Positions 1 through 12,979 of a stretch of 64,000 nucleotides of DNA are shown piece by piece. The stretch lies in contig MCFE01000490.1 in the NCBI GenBank assembly GCA_002104905.1, positions 1 through 64,000 on the forward strand, given 5' to 3'. The stretch comes from Basidiobolus meristosporus CBS 931.73. Taxonomy: Eukaryota; Fungi; Basidiobolomycota. The notes beneath the pieces were generated by a model. That model worked only from the letters and a program-made list of their open reading frames with translations, was not told the DNA's origin and ran no database searches. Both the position numbers and the translations under genes were made by a program. Numbering within the stretch: position 1 is the stretch's first letter; each line of letters opens with the position of its first letter.

Positions 1-3000
1 CCCGTCCAGGTTTGGTGGACCATTGAGAAGCAGGAATTCAGCATAAACTGCTCCACTTGATTAAAATAAATAGCTTTATTGGTTCTCTAACACATGTAAT
101 TAATGTCTCTGGAATATGTCACCTGCGAGATGATTCCGCTCAAAATCCATTTGTTTGGCAATACTTATAGAGCAAGTTGTAATAGTCATCCATCAGTTGT
201 GGCTTGAGCACCGTTCACTCCCTTTTGCTTACCTGGTATTGCTCTTGTTGTTCATAACACCCGTCATTATCGAAGTGGCTATACATCACTCTCTCGTCCT
301 TCTCTCTCCACTCAATCTATATACTACTCTTCGTTACCGGGGAACAAGAAAATCGCTCGGATTACTTGGTAGCTGTATGTAAGAGCATTGGGTATGAAAG
401 AAATCAAGGCATGGCATCAATAGTTTTCAGTCATGTATTCAGCATATACAATTTGATTTGGAATACGTATTTATTTATTTATTACTACAAATTATTTCAC
501 TCTCAACAACCCCAATTGCATCCATAGTGACTCTAGCATTCTCGGCCCTGGTATATGCCCCTCTACCATATCTTCCCCATAGCTCTTCGGAGCCCCCTTC
601 TGAATTATTTGCTTCTTCATCAACTCCGTTGGTAACAACTCCTAGATCTGCTTCCTGCTTACTGAAGAGTTTTTATTCAAGGTACTGCTAGTCATTTGGT
701 TAAGAAGACCATCAACGTAGTACCAAATGTTGCGAGCATCTTCTTCCTTGTTCACTGGAACCTCTATACCACTTGACCGCTTTGTGGATCCCGGATGGAG
801 ATAGAGGGGCTTGCTACATTTGTGCTAATCACTTACGTTGGATTCTGGAAGGCAAAGCTGGCTATTAGCAGAATGCATACAAGGGTAAACTACTTATGCA
901 TGTTTGATGCTCAATGTTCAATACGATTTGTTATGCTGACTATATCAACAAGGGCATCCTGATTGAGTTTGCTAAAACAATTTGTGCTCATTTCCACTCT
1001 GAATTACAAAGCCAAGATAAAGCTATAATTGTGTGCAGCCTAAAACATAGCTACAGCTCTGTTGATTTGCCATTAGATTCACTAACTCTCAGACTACCCT
1101 TACATAGCATATCATATAATATGATTGTTGTATTGGTTGCAGGTACAAGAGGCACATTTAGCCTTGGTGTCTTCTGAGATCTTTGAAATTCACTACCAAT
1201 CTCCAGGTGGGATTTCATATACATGATGTTTGTAGCATAATTAGATATCTCATACTCAGTGGGAGTAGACTGTACATATGGCCACAGTCAACAAGATCCA
1301 GACTTGTAGCTGGACTCATCTAACTTATTAGCACTGAAAAACTACTCTAATAATGCCAGTTGTGGGTATTAGAGGGTAGATACTTGGGGCAAATAGCTTG
1401 ATGAAGTAGTTGTCAACATAGAAGAGGCGCTTGGCAGAGCAAGTGGATGATTTTACTTTTTCTGTATTAGCTTTTTGGTCTTAAAAGTAATATAAATATT
1501 TACACATGAGCTTGCCAATATAAGCACATATATTATGCCCCCAGGCTTTAAGAGCATGTGTACAGCATTTGGGGGCCATTTAGTAGCTCTTGGAACTCTC
1601 ATGCACTGAGTACTTGACAACTTGGTAAGTTTATAGGTAAGTTCCAACATAATTGATGCAAGAAATACCAAGGCTGCTGGGTAATGATCCAAGTGATTAA
1701 GCTAATGAGGTATATTGGTGAAAATACAAAGCTTACAACAGCCAGGACTGCAGAAATTATCAGAAAAGTATCACTAAAGCACTGTTAAAAAACCATGTAA
1801 AATACAAGTTTTGCATAGTTGATAGAATTAATCAGTAAAAGTACAGCTTTCACATTTGGCATATCACACGATATGGACAATCAAGCATATTTACTTTTCA
1901 AGTTACTTTTGGCATCCCCTAAACTAATGTATTAGCCTGTACTGCAGTACATGCCAAGATGACATATGAGGTTCATCCTGAAATACATTTTGTTTGACAT
2001 ATATTTCCCAATAAAAACTCAATGTAGCCAGTAGGCTCTGTTACTTAAAGTTTAGTTGCATTTACTCTAGTGACTCTCTCTTTCCCTAATGCTGGCCTGG
2101 TGATGGGAATTCGAGACACATTTTTGGGGATTTCTGTTGATGCTGGAAATGCAAAGGTGTCAATCCAGTGCTAAATATACATACATATCATTATTGTGAT
2201 ATCGTGACTGTGCAAAAAGTATCAGGCTTCTCCAAATATGTTAGATACCCTGTTGACCCCACTCAGACTAGAAACGCTTTTTATAGCTGTGCCCTCTGGG
2301 CCCAAGAGTAATTGAATGGAGGACGGGAGAGTGGCTCTTAAGACCAAATTTACCAAGCTCTCAACACTTCAATTGGCATTTAGATTGATGTCTTTTTTCG
2401 AAACGCCTAATTAATAAGGAACATTTTAGCTTTCTGTAGTAAGGTGTTTATAAATGTCACGTACGCGGATCTCCAAATCCAAAGTTCTCTCTGGTCTCTT
2501 GTGTACTGGATAGAGCAAATACCAACAAAATTCGGCTATTCGAAGTAGGAATATCAGCCAAAATCAACAAGACTTGATTATCCGCTTTAGAACTTGTTTA
2601 GTTTTTTTGCATTTACCGTGCTTTTACACATTCAAAATATACTCTTTCCCCGTTGCTGGCCAGATGAAATTCTATTAATAAATATTATTAAAAGGTGTAT
2701 TAGTTGAGTAGGAACAAGTGCTTCCCTTAATTCTTCATTTTGCACTGAGGCGATTTATTGGTATAAACTCAGCCAAATATCCCTCTTTCCTCCAATCAAA
2801 GCATGTCACTTTGAGTACCATTTTACTCGCTTTACACTTCACATGTCCGGAGCATCCCAGGCTACATATGTTGTCATCAAGCCATCTGGTCAATCTTATC
2901 TATACTAGCACTCTACTGATGACTCGATATTGATTATGCTGCTTTCCTTGTGGGATTGTACCAAAGTTATACTAGAGAGCCATTCAGCACTATTAGGCAA

Positions 3001-3726
3001 CGTCAGATATCAATAAGCAACATATTGAATCAACCAACCTCCAGGGCAACTGCTTCGGTATTCAACACCAAGTTCCTGACTATTGCATTTACATGGCTAT
3101 TTCCATACTAGAATGCGTAGTGACATCAAGCTATTACTATCAACCAACAGCAGATTCCACATATATTTGTATCACATTTACAGCGATAACCATGATTTGT
3201 TCAGCTACGCAAGAACTGCCTACATTATGCAAGCACTTATTAGTCTCCTGCCACGCATCATCCTTCCAATTCCTACCAGCCACTCCGGGCTTGGTAATCA
3301 AGAGGATAAACAAATTGCCACGAGCTTTGAGGCTGTTTGCCAAGACCAAGAACAATATCTGGTAGATTGGACTGATTGGCAGTATATGCATCCTATACTA
3401 CTTAAGGTCAGTCACAACCGAGTACCTTTGTGGTTCGACATGTTACGTATATATATATATCTGAATACGATCCATAATATAATTAGTATGATTACTAATG
3501 GAACGGTGGGTTGGATAAATTAGCCAATTTAAGCTTGGAGCATCGAATGCATGTCTATTTAGGCTTTTTTAATCGGGTAAACCCCCATATTCCATTTGAG
3601 GAAGGCTGGCGCACCGAATATCTGGGTTCTTGCTAAACTGGCGCTACTAACGCAATTTTGAGTTTGTTGCAAAACCTAAACTTCTATAAAACGGTAAGGC
3701 AATCTTGGGTTTACTTCAATCCAACC

Positions 3727-4881
3727 ATGAAGTTTTCTTTCTCTTTTTCTCTATCTGTTGCCATCGCATCACTTCTTCCTTCCGAGTCGGGTGCCAAGCC
3801 ATGGTATTTAAAGAGGGAAGAAGCTGAGCTTCAACGACTTTACAAAGATACCCTTGCCGAAGGTGGCATGATAACCGTCTATGCTGGAGGAGATCTACCG
3901 AATGCAGGTGCGGATGTGGTCAAAGCATTCGAAAGCAAGTTTCCGGGGACTACCCTCAATATTACTACTGATCTTAGCAAGTACCATAATGTGTTGATTG
4001 ACTCCCAGCTTGCTAAGGGCGGGGATGCTTTGGAGCCTGATGTCACCCACTTGCAAACATTACATGATTTCCCTCGCTGGAAAGCACAAGGAGCCTTGTT
4101 AAAGTAAGTTTCTAATCACCCGTGGAGATGACAGAATGAGTCCTCATAGTTTAATAGGTACAAACCCATCGGTTTTAAACACACTTATGCTCCGTACAAA
4201 GACAAGGAAGGATACTACTGGGCGACCAACGTGTTTTACTTCACCAACCTTATCAGTAACACTATTACTGGTAAGAAACAGCCGATTGAAGCTAGAGATT
4301 ACTTGAACCCAAAACTCAAAGGAGGAAAAATCATCTATACCTATCCCCACGATGATGATGCGGTCCTCTATCAATTCATGCAACTAATCAAGCAGAATGG
4401 CCTCAAGTGGTTCAAGGCCTTCCTTGCCCAACAGCCACTCGTTGTGCGTGGAACCGGAACTCCTGCATTCTACATCAACAACGGAACATCCTTGGCCAGC
4501 TTTACAACCAGTGGTTCTTTGACACCGATTAAAGGAGCCAAAAGCACCACCATTGTTCCCAAGAAAACCTTCTTCCAATCTTGGGCGCAAACAGGAGCCA
4601 TCTTCAAAAAGGCGAAGCATCCAGCTGGTGCAAAGCTCTATGTCAGCTGGTTGACGTCTTATGATGTGCAAAAGAACCTTATGTCCGATACTTGGTCTCC
4701 AAGAACGGATGTTCCACCACCAGCAGGACTGAAGCCTATCTGGAAGATCAAGAACACTGACCCCCTCGGTTTCCGCGATTATATGTTAAACCGAGCTCAG
4801 GTAGAAAAAGATATGAAATTCATGAGAAAGTATATTGGCCCAGTTGTAGGAAAGTCACCATTAGACTTGGAATACAGCTAA
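3727..4881 (+). CDS. Secreted periplasmic-binding-protein-like II (ABC-type Fe3+/polyamine/thiamine solute-binding family) protein, 366 aa, 2 exons
   Basis: ATG at 3727 and a hydrophobic signal peptide (MKFSFSFSLSVAIASLLP). Intron 4104-4157 (gtaagt...aatag) joins the two ORF-track frames into 1101 nt. Motifs ITVYAGGD, DLSKYH, DVTHLQTLHDFPRWK, YPHDDDAVLY and HPAGAKLYVSW resemble class II solute-binding proteins. Confidence 0.8.
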
Positions 4882-7628
4882 ATACCATGCTGCTGTGAAC
4901 TCAAATAGTACTTCTAGTTTATCGTTGACTGAAATTGCTATTCTTTTAATAAACCACTGTACTTTTGAGATCTATTTATTTATAGCTGCCAGTTTGTGTT
5001 TGTGTATATCAGATATAATATTAAATCAAAAGCTTCGATCAGATAACGAGGTGACTATTTTCCATACTCATTTCTTCAAGGACCTTGGCCATCAATACCT
5101 GGAAAGTAAGCAAGAAGGCGGAAGCCGCTATATCTACCGAGAACAAGCATCTGGCCAAAGCTTCCCCTAAGGCCCATTTGTCTACACCCACTTACCTTTC
5201 ATATTAGTTTTTACTGCTTTATAAGGTTACTCCATGGGATTTAGGTGATCTAATATAGAACAGGGATGTGTTATGAAAAGATGTGTGGCAGGTATTTTCA
5301 GTATGCCCAAAACTCGAGCTAAGAATAAACCCATAGGAAGGTGGGATATTCATTTTTTCCACGAATGTGGTTGGACCCACCTGATACAAGGAAGGGAGTA
5401 TTCTCATTGAAATATATACATGTTGGCCTTACATACTGAATAATATATGATGGTTTCGATTACCTGCACCATCACCAGCAAACATTGGCACTTTCACGCA
5501 CAAATCAAGTTATACGGTTGTGCATCCTTTTCGCACCGGATCCCAGGACTTCAGGCCTATGGTCATTGCTCCACTCATTATGGCTTTAGTTGGAAAACAA
5601 CCCGATGGAAACTCGGAAATACCTACCAGCGTGCCGTATGGCATTGCATGGTCATAAAAAACAAACGCATAAAAATCGATTTCCGGAAATTTTCACTCCA
5701 ATTGTTTCTCGCGTGATACTTTCGGTCAGTGCCAAGAATATGGCAGATTTAGCAGCTAGCTCCTGTGTCTCGGGCAAGCCCCCTTTGTGGGTACCACTAC
5801 CACGCTCAATAAAGATTTGCTATCTTACCGGATTCTGGCTGAAACCTGGTATTATAAGCAGTGTTCTTATCACCACCTTTTGTGAGCCGTTACATGCTCG
5901 GTGGCACGTGCCCCTAGATTCACTTGTTATCAGTTACGAAATGCGTGAAAAAGCAAGCGTGCCAACTAAATACATGCATCTACGGCCTTAAAAGCAATCT
6001 TGATTTAATCGGATCTCATCTATTCACATCTTGCTAGGTAATTTGTACTGGAATCGGTTGACTTTGACTTGTTATGGAGAAGCGATTGGATCCACTACCA
6101 CCAAACGCTGACACCATTACCTTCCATGGATTGATTGTCACTGTAATAGCAAACAACATGAAACGGGAATACTTATACAAATATTACGTGTGTGTATAAT
6201 CGATGTACTTCTAAATTCCAAACGCATCCACAATGGCTAGTATGAAGATTTTGAGGTTATGTTATGCCCGGTGTGTTTATCAACATAAGCCTCCTTTGTA
6301 TTATTGCTCTCTTTACACATCACGCCCCATGCGTATGACTACAACTTACTTAGATGCCATGAATGACTTTGCGCGTCCAGGTTCACTTGCTTAAATCAAC
6401 CACTTTCTTACGTTTGCTCGATCTTTACTCCATAAACCAACAACTTTCTTATGTTTGCTTAACTTTTTCTCCATAAGCTAATCACTTGATTGCAAAATAT
6501 AGGATTTTCAGAATGCTGATAGAAATGGATGTGGGATGTACACAATAGGTGGATTGGGCAAAAAATGCGATGTAAGCCAATAGGCACTTGTGTGCTATAT
6601 ATAAGCCCACGGCAAACTGAGTATATTTGCTGAGCCAGAGGTGATATAAATACCATCACAGAGCAGTATCCCTGAGAGATGACTAACGGATAAAATCCGA
6701 TTTGTAGAAAAATCAAGCTAGAATTGATTAACAGATGTTCTACGAAGGATCCTATTGGGCTTTTAAAACTTCGCCATCTTTTCCATCCGACAATCCTTGA
6801 CTGCTTAATGACGACTTAATATTGTTTTGGGTTATGTGTGCAAAACTTGGGGTTGACAGACGACACTGGGATGATCGTCTAGCAAAAAGTAATTAACGAT
6901 GAAGAAATTCGTACCACTCTTACTTATCCCAGCTTAGCTCAAAAACTTGTTCAATGCCACGCACACTGAGGTGTTCAACAATTCTCAATAATTAAAACGA
7001 CAAACAATGATTCAGCGCAATGATCGTACAACAGAAGATTCTTGTCTTAGGTAGGGCTGAGCTATCTGGTTGAGCCATGGCTAATTCATGGCTACACCAT
7101 CGGATTCTCGAATCATTTGATTTCTCCAGGTGAACATATATGGAAGTCCATAGGCCATTGGACCGTGAAATTAACACAAACCACCGCTTATCCTCAAATC
7201 GCAGGACCATTGCTTGTTACGCCTATATCGTAGGAACACCAACCTCACTGATCCCCAAACATTTCCAGGCCCTTGCAGCTCGTTGATGCTAACGAAACTA
7301 TATCGATTATTTCCGAAGATTGTCCTGAGACTTTGGTTGAACGTGAGGTGATTGATTAATTGGAAGTAACCGATATTGCCGATCGCGCTGATTGGATGGC
7401 TCCACATTGTACTCGCTCATTGATGTATGATGGCCAAAAGCGTTGCCATTTCGATGATGGAGGTGACTGGAAGCGGAGGTGCTCGAATTAGTAGATTTGG
7501 GTTTTAGCAGCTCTCTGCATTTGCAACTGAACCAATGTTTAATCTGTATCACACTGAGACTCCATATATAATGATACGTTTCCTCCAACCACGCACACCT
7601 TTCCTTTCCACCTGCTTCACCACGTTTG

Positions 7629-8570
7629 ATGGCTGCGTTAATATTCATTCCACTCGCCCATTATGTAGTGGGGGTGTGTTTTGGGATGACAGTGGTCGTT
7701 GCTATATCATTTGCTTTTGTACGGGGTTGGCGCACCTCTGGGATTGTCTCCCACCGCATACTGTACTTTGTGGCACTGTTTAACTTTGTGTACGCGCAGG
7801 TCAAGATAGTCCAGATGAACGGCGCCCACGACAATCGATGCGTCGTTGCTGAGAATCTTTCGGTATTTTTCTATCACGGAAGCAACACCCTCCAGTACAT
7901 CTACTATGTGACTCGATACAGAGAGGTGTATGGGGGAATGTGGTCGCTAGCCCTCCCCGTTTTTGTGATAATTGTGTATGCAGCGGGCATTCCATTGAGC
8001 ATCATATTGAATGAAACCGCGATCGCCGCCGACGGTTCCTGTTCAGTCATCCATCCTCCAATATCCTCCTTTTTACCATTAACTGCCTCTTTCATGGTGT
8101 CGGTCTATATGTTGATCATGTTTCTGGCACCATTTGTTAAGCAGTGCATGCTACCCAGTGAAGACCGTAATCCCCAGCTTGTGTTCGTTGCTCGCAACTT
8201 ATTTATTACCAATACGATTGCCATCTGCTTCAATATTTTCTTCAATCTCTCCCTGATCACTCCCCTAGAACAATATGCGCCCTTGCTCTCCATGGTGGAC
8301 CTAACCATCAACTATCTGATGGTTTGCCTACCGTACTTCCTGACCCGCCTTTGCACCGCCCGCGGAAACTCATTCCGTTGGACGGCCGAGAACCAACACG
8401 ACAGAGAGACCACCCTTCACCAGAGCGATCATTGCGAAGGCGGGGCTTCCAAGTATCATCACAGTGAGTATGGTCACCAGTTCCCGAATTCTTCTAGCCG
8501 TAAGTCATCCGACGAAAACGGGGTCATACCACTGGTCGCCGTCCACAAATTTCATTCTCATTTAGGATAG
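7629..8570 (+). CDS. Intronless 7-transmembrane GPCR-like membrane protein
   Basis: Seven hydrophobic segments, a Cys at the top of TM3 (NRCVVAE), a Cys in the loop before TM5 (DGSCSVIHP), TRY at the end of TM3 and a hydrophilic C-tail. The frame is closed by TGA at 7572, so 7629 is the first ATG. Confidence 0.7.
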   Translation: MAALIFIPLAHYVVGVCFGMTVVVAISFAFVRGWRTSGIVSHRILYFVALFNFVYAQVKIVQMNGAHDNRCVVAENLSVFFYHGSNTLQYIYYVTRYREVYGGMWSLALPVFVIIVYAAGIPLSIILNETAIAADGSCSVIHPPISSFLPLTASFMVSVYMLIMFLAPFVKQCMLPSEDRNPQLVFVARNLFITNTIAICFNIFFNLSLITPLEQYAPLLSMVDLTINYLMVCLPYFLTRLCTARGNSFRWTAENQHDRETTLHQSDHCEGGASKYHHSEYGHQFPNSSSRKSSDENGVIPLVAVHKFHSHLG

Positions 8571-8791
8571 AAATATCACCAAACATGTACTATTACCTAA
8601 CCATTCCATGTGTACTGTAGTAACCCTAACCCTTTGCTAATATAAATGGATTCTTGAAACCAACACCTCAGCACACCCATACGAGGAAATTAGTGGAATT
8701 TATTAATTGTTTAGTAGCTATTATTGTAAATAAAGCAAAATCTCTGAAGCATAGGCGCTCTACGCTACTAAATGGTGCTCGGTGCGCGACC

Positions 8792-9949
8792 TTAATTAAG
8801 CTGAACACCTTGGAAATTTAGCTTAGTATGGTAGATCTCGGTTTCAGATAGGATGAACAAATCGTTTTTGGCGAAGACAAGATTGGCACAACGGACGGTG
8901 TTGATTTTGCCGAGAAGTGTACCTTGAGGGGAGTACACATTCACACCATCTCCAGATCCGACATACACGTTACCTCTGACGTCAAGCTTAATTCCGTCAG
9001 GGATGCCAGTATCACTCATAGCAAAGACTCTGCGGTTGGTGAGGAACACGCTGCCATCCACCTTGCGGCTGACATCGTAGGAATACACGGTGTGGGGTCT
9101 CTTAACATCGGTTTGGCCCACGCCAGTGGTGAATCCGGTATCGGAGATGTAGGCGATTTTCTCGTCTGGCGAGAATTGGAAGCCATTTGGCTTGACGAAG
9201 CCATCGGCCACTAAACGGACATCTCCAGTTTTGGGATCCCAACGGTAAACAAAGTCACCCAACTGTGGCTGTTCACGGAACTTCTGCTCGAAGCCGTAAG
9301 AGGGATCAGTAAACCAGAATGATCCATCCTTGCGGGAAACGGCAACATCGTTCAATGAGTTGAATTTAAGCCCGAAGAAGTTGTTCAAGAGGATCTTGGT
9401 CTCGTAGGTCTCGGGATCCATGGAGTAAATGGCAGCGCCGATGCTTCCCTTTCCTTGGCCGACAATAATGGCCTTGCCGTTGTAGAAGGTGCCACCGTTG
9501 GGAAGGTGGATGTCCACGCTAGGAGTTACTTTGCTGACTTCGAAAGTCTCCACACTCATCTTGTATACATCGGCGTACTGTTCGGTACCGGAGGTGTCTC
9601 CTAGGCGGTTGCTGGTAAACATGATTTCGTTGGTCTTTGGCACGTAGATACCGGCCTCGTGGGCAAAAGCAAAGTCCTTCTCAGCAACAAGAGTAAGAGT
9701 AGCGTTGGTGCCAATGATATCATAAAATCCCTTGTTGTATACGATGAAAGCAGCCTCTCCGGACTCGGCTAAGGTTTTGTTTCCAACCTTTGTCTTGGAG
9801 AATGGCTCACCAACCTCTCTAGAGAAAGGCTCGGACAACACGTTGTAGTCGGGGCCAATTTCAATGACTTTGGAGTTGCTCTTGGCGTGAACGACAACTG
9901 CGGAAGCCGTGACGGCGAGAGAAATTAAAAAGCTGCTAAACCCGCGCAT
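8792..9949 (-). CDS. Secreted SMP-30/gluconolactonase/LRE-family beta-propeller protein
   Basis: Intronless ORF; the likely start MRGFSSFLISLAVTASAVVVHA is a signal peptide. Family motifs: FAHEAGIY, FNSLNDV, FWFTDPSYG, KPNGFQFSPDE, PDGIKLDVRGNVYV. Confidence 0.9.
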   Translation of the reverse strand: MRGFSSFLISLAVTASAVVVHAKSNSKVIEIGPDYNVLSEPFSREVGEPFSKTKVGNKTLAESGEAAFIVYNKGFYDIIGTNATLTLVAEKDFAFAHEAGIYVPKTNEIMFTSNRLGDTSGTEQYADVYKMSVETFEVSKVTPSVDIHLPNGGTFYNGKAIIVGQGKGSIGAAIYSMDPETYETKILLNNFFGLKFNSLNDVAVSRKDGSFWFTDPSYGFEQKFREQPQLGDFVYRWDPKTGDVRLVADGFVKPNGFQFSPDEKIAYISDTGFTTGVGQTDVKRPHTVYSYDVSRKVDGSVFLTNRRVFAMSDTGIPDGIKLDVRGNVYVGSGDGVNVYSPQGTLLGKINTVRCANLVFAKNDLFILSETEIYHTKLNFQGVQLN

Positions 9950-10974
9950 TATGAAAGAGAAGATTTTGTAGGGTACGCCGTGGATCAGGAGGCTATTTAT
10001 CCTCCCCAAGGTGACACCAAGCAGTGTGGTGCCACATTTCATTGACCTGAATATAAACGCTCAATGAGGTTGAGCATCGAAAGTGGCAAGTGCTGTAACA
10101 TCAACAATTTTTTTACTCCCATCGATCAAATTGGACGTTTTGTATTGCTTCATTCCATTGAATAAGAAGCCAATTTTAGGCTCGCTCGCTCATGCAGGCT
10201 TAATATGATAAGATGGCCATTTTCTTCCTTCAGCCGTTTTCCACAGGCTAAGGTACTATTGGCAAGTACACCTCATCGCGACATCCCAATCAAGGAATTC
10301 TCTCCAGTCGCCCAATAGTAAATTTAATCTTGCTTACTTGTTTACTTGTCGACATGCGATCTTGCATTTCGTGACATTGGTACCACAACTCTAGCTTTTA
10401 TAACCTTGGCCATCATATGATCCTGGCAGAAATATGTTCTGAGAACCTTGTACGCAAGCTGTGGTAAATAGACATGCCGAGTCGATTGCCTAATCTGGTT
10501 TAACCACCAACCTAGTCAAACTAGATTAATATAACCCACTTGGAGCTGATTCTAGAATAATGGGGAATGATTTAACCTAATTACGAACATCGATTAACTA
10601 CGTAATTAGGTCATGTTGGCAGATTTGTTGGATACTTTCCACTGGTTCAAACTGCAGCTCCCGCTCGGTCTAGGCCACCCATCTGCGGTACAGGCTTGAA
10701 CTTCAATGACCTATTACACATTGACAGCTCCATGCTAATCAATGTCCTATTATCTTGTATATCTTTTCTCGGGTAGGCAAGGCCAGTATCTCCAGTCCAA
10801 CTGACCAATCAACATTCTTGGTATACAAGTTCTTGGGTAGCGAAGATCCACCTGGAACATTCATTGAAGTATGGCGAGGAATCCGAGTTTCGAATATTCA
10901 GCCATACCAGACGGTCAAATATATATATATATACATTACCAGCGAGGATTCTTGGTATTTACAACTTAACTACA

Positions 10975-12756
10975 ATGGCCAAAGCGAAGAAAGACTCCAA
11001 GGTTGGAAAGGACGAGGAAGCTATCCCGAATACAACCACCCGTCTCCTTAGATTCATACTGCCTATTGCCATAGCTGCGTTTAGTCTTACCATATGGTTC
11101 CCCACGATATTTGAAAATGACAGGGGCCTTTCCCAAGACAACTTCTCTGAACCCATCACAAGAGTGGTAAGTGATCGGTAAGGCTCCGCCGTTTATTCGG
11201 TCCCTATCTAATCGCAATTCTAGCCAAAAGGACCCATCGGTGATTCTCACAGTGAATATGACACGTTAAACCAATTGAACAATGATCTCAGCTCTCATTT
11301 GAGGACGTTGATTCGAACACCCTTCTTCAGTCATTACAAGTTGAACTTGTACAAGCAATGCCCCTTCTGGACTGTGGGCGGATTGTGTACCCAGAGAGAC
11401 TGTGCGGTAGAGATTCTTGATGAAGTAAGAGGCACCCTACTTCTCTTTATGTCAGGGCTTAGCTCCTAAACCTTTTATTACTCTTTAGAACCAAGTTCCC
11501 GAGGAACTTCGCAAGAAGCTCAGTGCTATAGACTTTTCACCAGCCTCTATGGTAAGTCTTATCTCTGCATATGATATCCAAAGCCAGAGGAACCAACAGT
11601 CGTTTGTCTAGGGATTCAAGCCACTCAAGAAATGTGAGTATTCCGATAAAGATTTCTGTCTAGTTGAATCCGAGGATTCAGAAGGTAAGACCCAAATGGT
11701 ACATAGATCTACTACCTACAACAATTCTAAGACCGCTTTTACGCACACAGATGGAGTCTATGTGAATCTGGCCAATAACCCCGAGCGCTTTACTGGATAT
11801 TCCGGAGAATCGGCCAATCGAATTTGGCAGTCGATCTATGAGGAGAATTGCTTCAAGAGTGACAGCAAGCATGACCACATCAGCCATATGGACAACGCCC
11901 TTACTCCAAGTGGAAGCGAGGATCCGGACACCTGTTTGGAGAAACGTGTCTTCTATAGATTGGTATCGGGACTCCACGCATCGATCTCTGTTCACGTCTG
12001 CGACGAATTCTACAACAAAACCACGGGTGAATGGGTAATGGCATACACACTATGGTGGAGAGCGCGGCCTTTAACTAACCATCCATTTCAGGGACACAAC
12101 ATGCCTTGCTACCACTACCGCGTTGGAAAGTTCCCTGAGCGTATCGAGAACGTGTACTTCAACTATGCCCTGCTCCTCAGAGCCGTCAACAAGATGTCCA
12201 ACTACTTGAATATGTACGACTTTTGTAGCGGCGACAAACAAACTGACGACGAAGTGAAGGTAACTGGCCGTCAGAACATTGTTCTTTTATACGTTGATTC
12301 TTACCCACCCCTCCAAGGATTTGGTGAACAACGTTGTGTCACTGACCTCATCCTGTCCTCCGACTTTCAACGAAAAGGCCTTTTTCAACGATCCTCGCTC
12401 ACGCGTCTTGAAGGAAGAGTTCAGAGATCATTTCCGAAACGTTTCAAGGATCATGGACTGTGTAGGCTGCGAGAAGTGCCGTCTATGGGGCAAGATCCAG
12501 ACCTCCGGCCTAGGCACCGCACTCAAAGTACTCTTCTCATATGATGACCGTAAATTCACGTAAGTGCCGGTTGATTTCCCTCCCCGACTTTTGTCTCACC
12601 TCCGATTCTTTTGGCTTTAGCGGTAAATCCACCACCGATATCCTCCAGCGCTCCGAGATAGTCGCGCTGTTCAACACCTTCAACCGATTCTCGGAGTCGG
12701 TCGAAGCAATCCAGCGCTTCCAATCGATGTACCCAGACTACCCTCACCTGCAATAA
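10975..12756 (+). CDS. ERO1: Endoplasmic reticulum oxidoreductin 1 (multi-exon)
   Basis: Motifs [43 protein letters not shown] and [23 protein letters not shown] (CxxCxxC), with an N-terminal hydrophobic segment. Stop TAA at 12754-12756. Confidence 0.95.
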
Positions 12757-12979
12757 CCCCCACTCATTCCCCTCACCGGCATTTCCATCATCGGTATTCG
12801 TTAGTGTTTCGCGCAGACGCCGCGCTATTCTCTAATTTGATGTAATTTTATTCCCTTTACTATAATAACAATACCATAACGGCACAAATCGTGATGTAGA
12901 ATACAATATTAGCTAGACTGATTGGTAATTGGAGCCGTCGGAAGGACCAAGCGAACTCGACTTTTGTTGCTGGAGAGAT

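Noticed and set aside
450-1750. CpG-poor stretch with a semi-open minus frame containing YVDNYF (piggyBac-like) and an acidic tail
   Set aside because: A single short motif with no TIRs, TTAA sites or other catalytic motifs found. Probably a TE relic, but unassignable.
2718-3523. Hydrophobic broken ORFs; HLVNLIYTSTLLMTRY faintly resembles TM3 of the 7-TM gene
   Set aside because: The match is short, frames are full of stops, and I could not assemble a gene model or assign a family. It may be a membrane-protein pseudogene.
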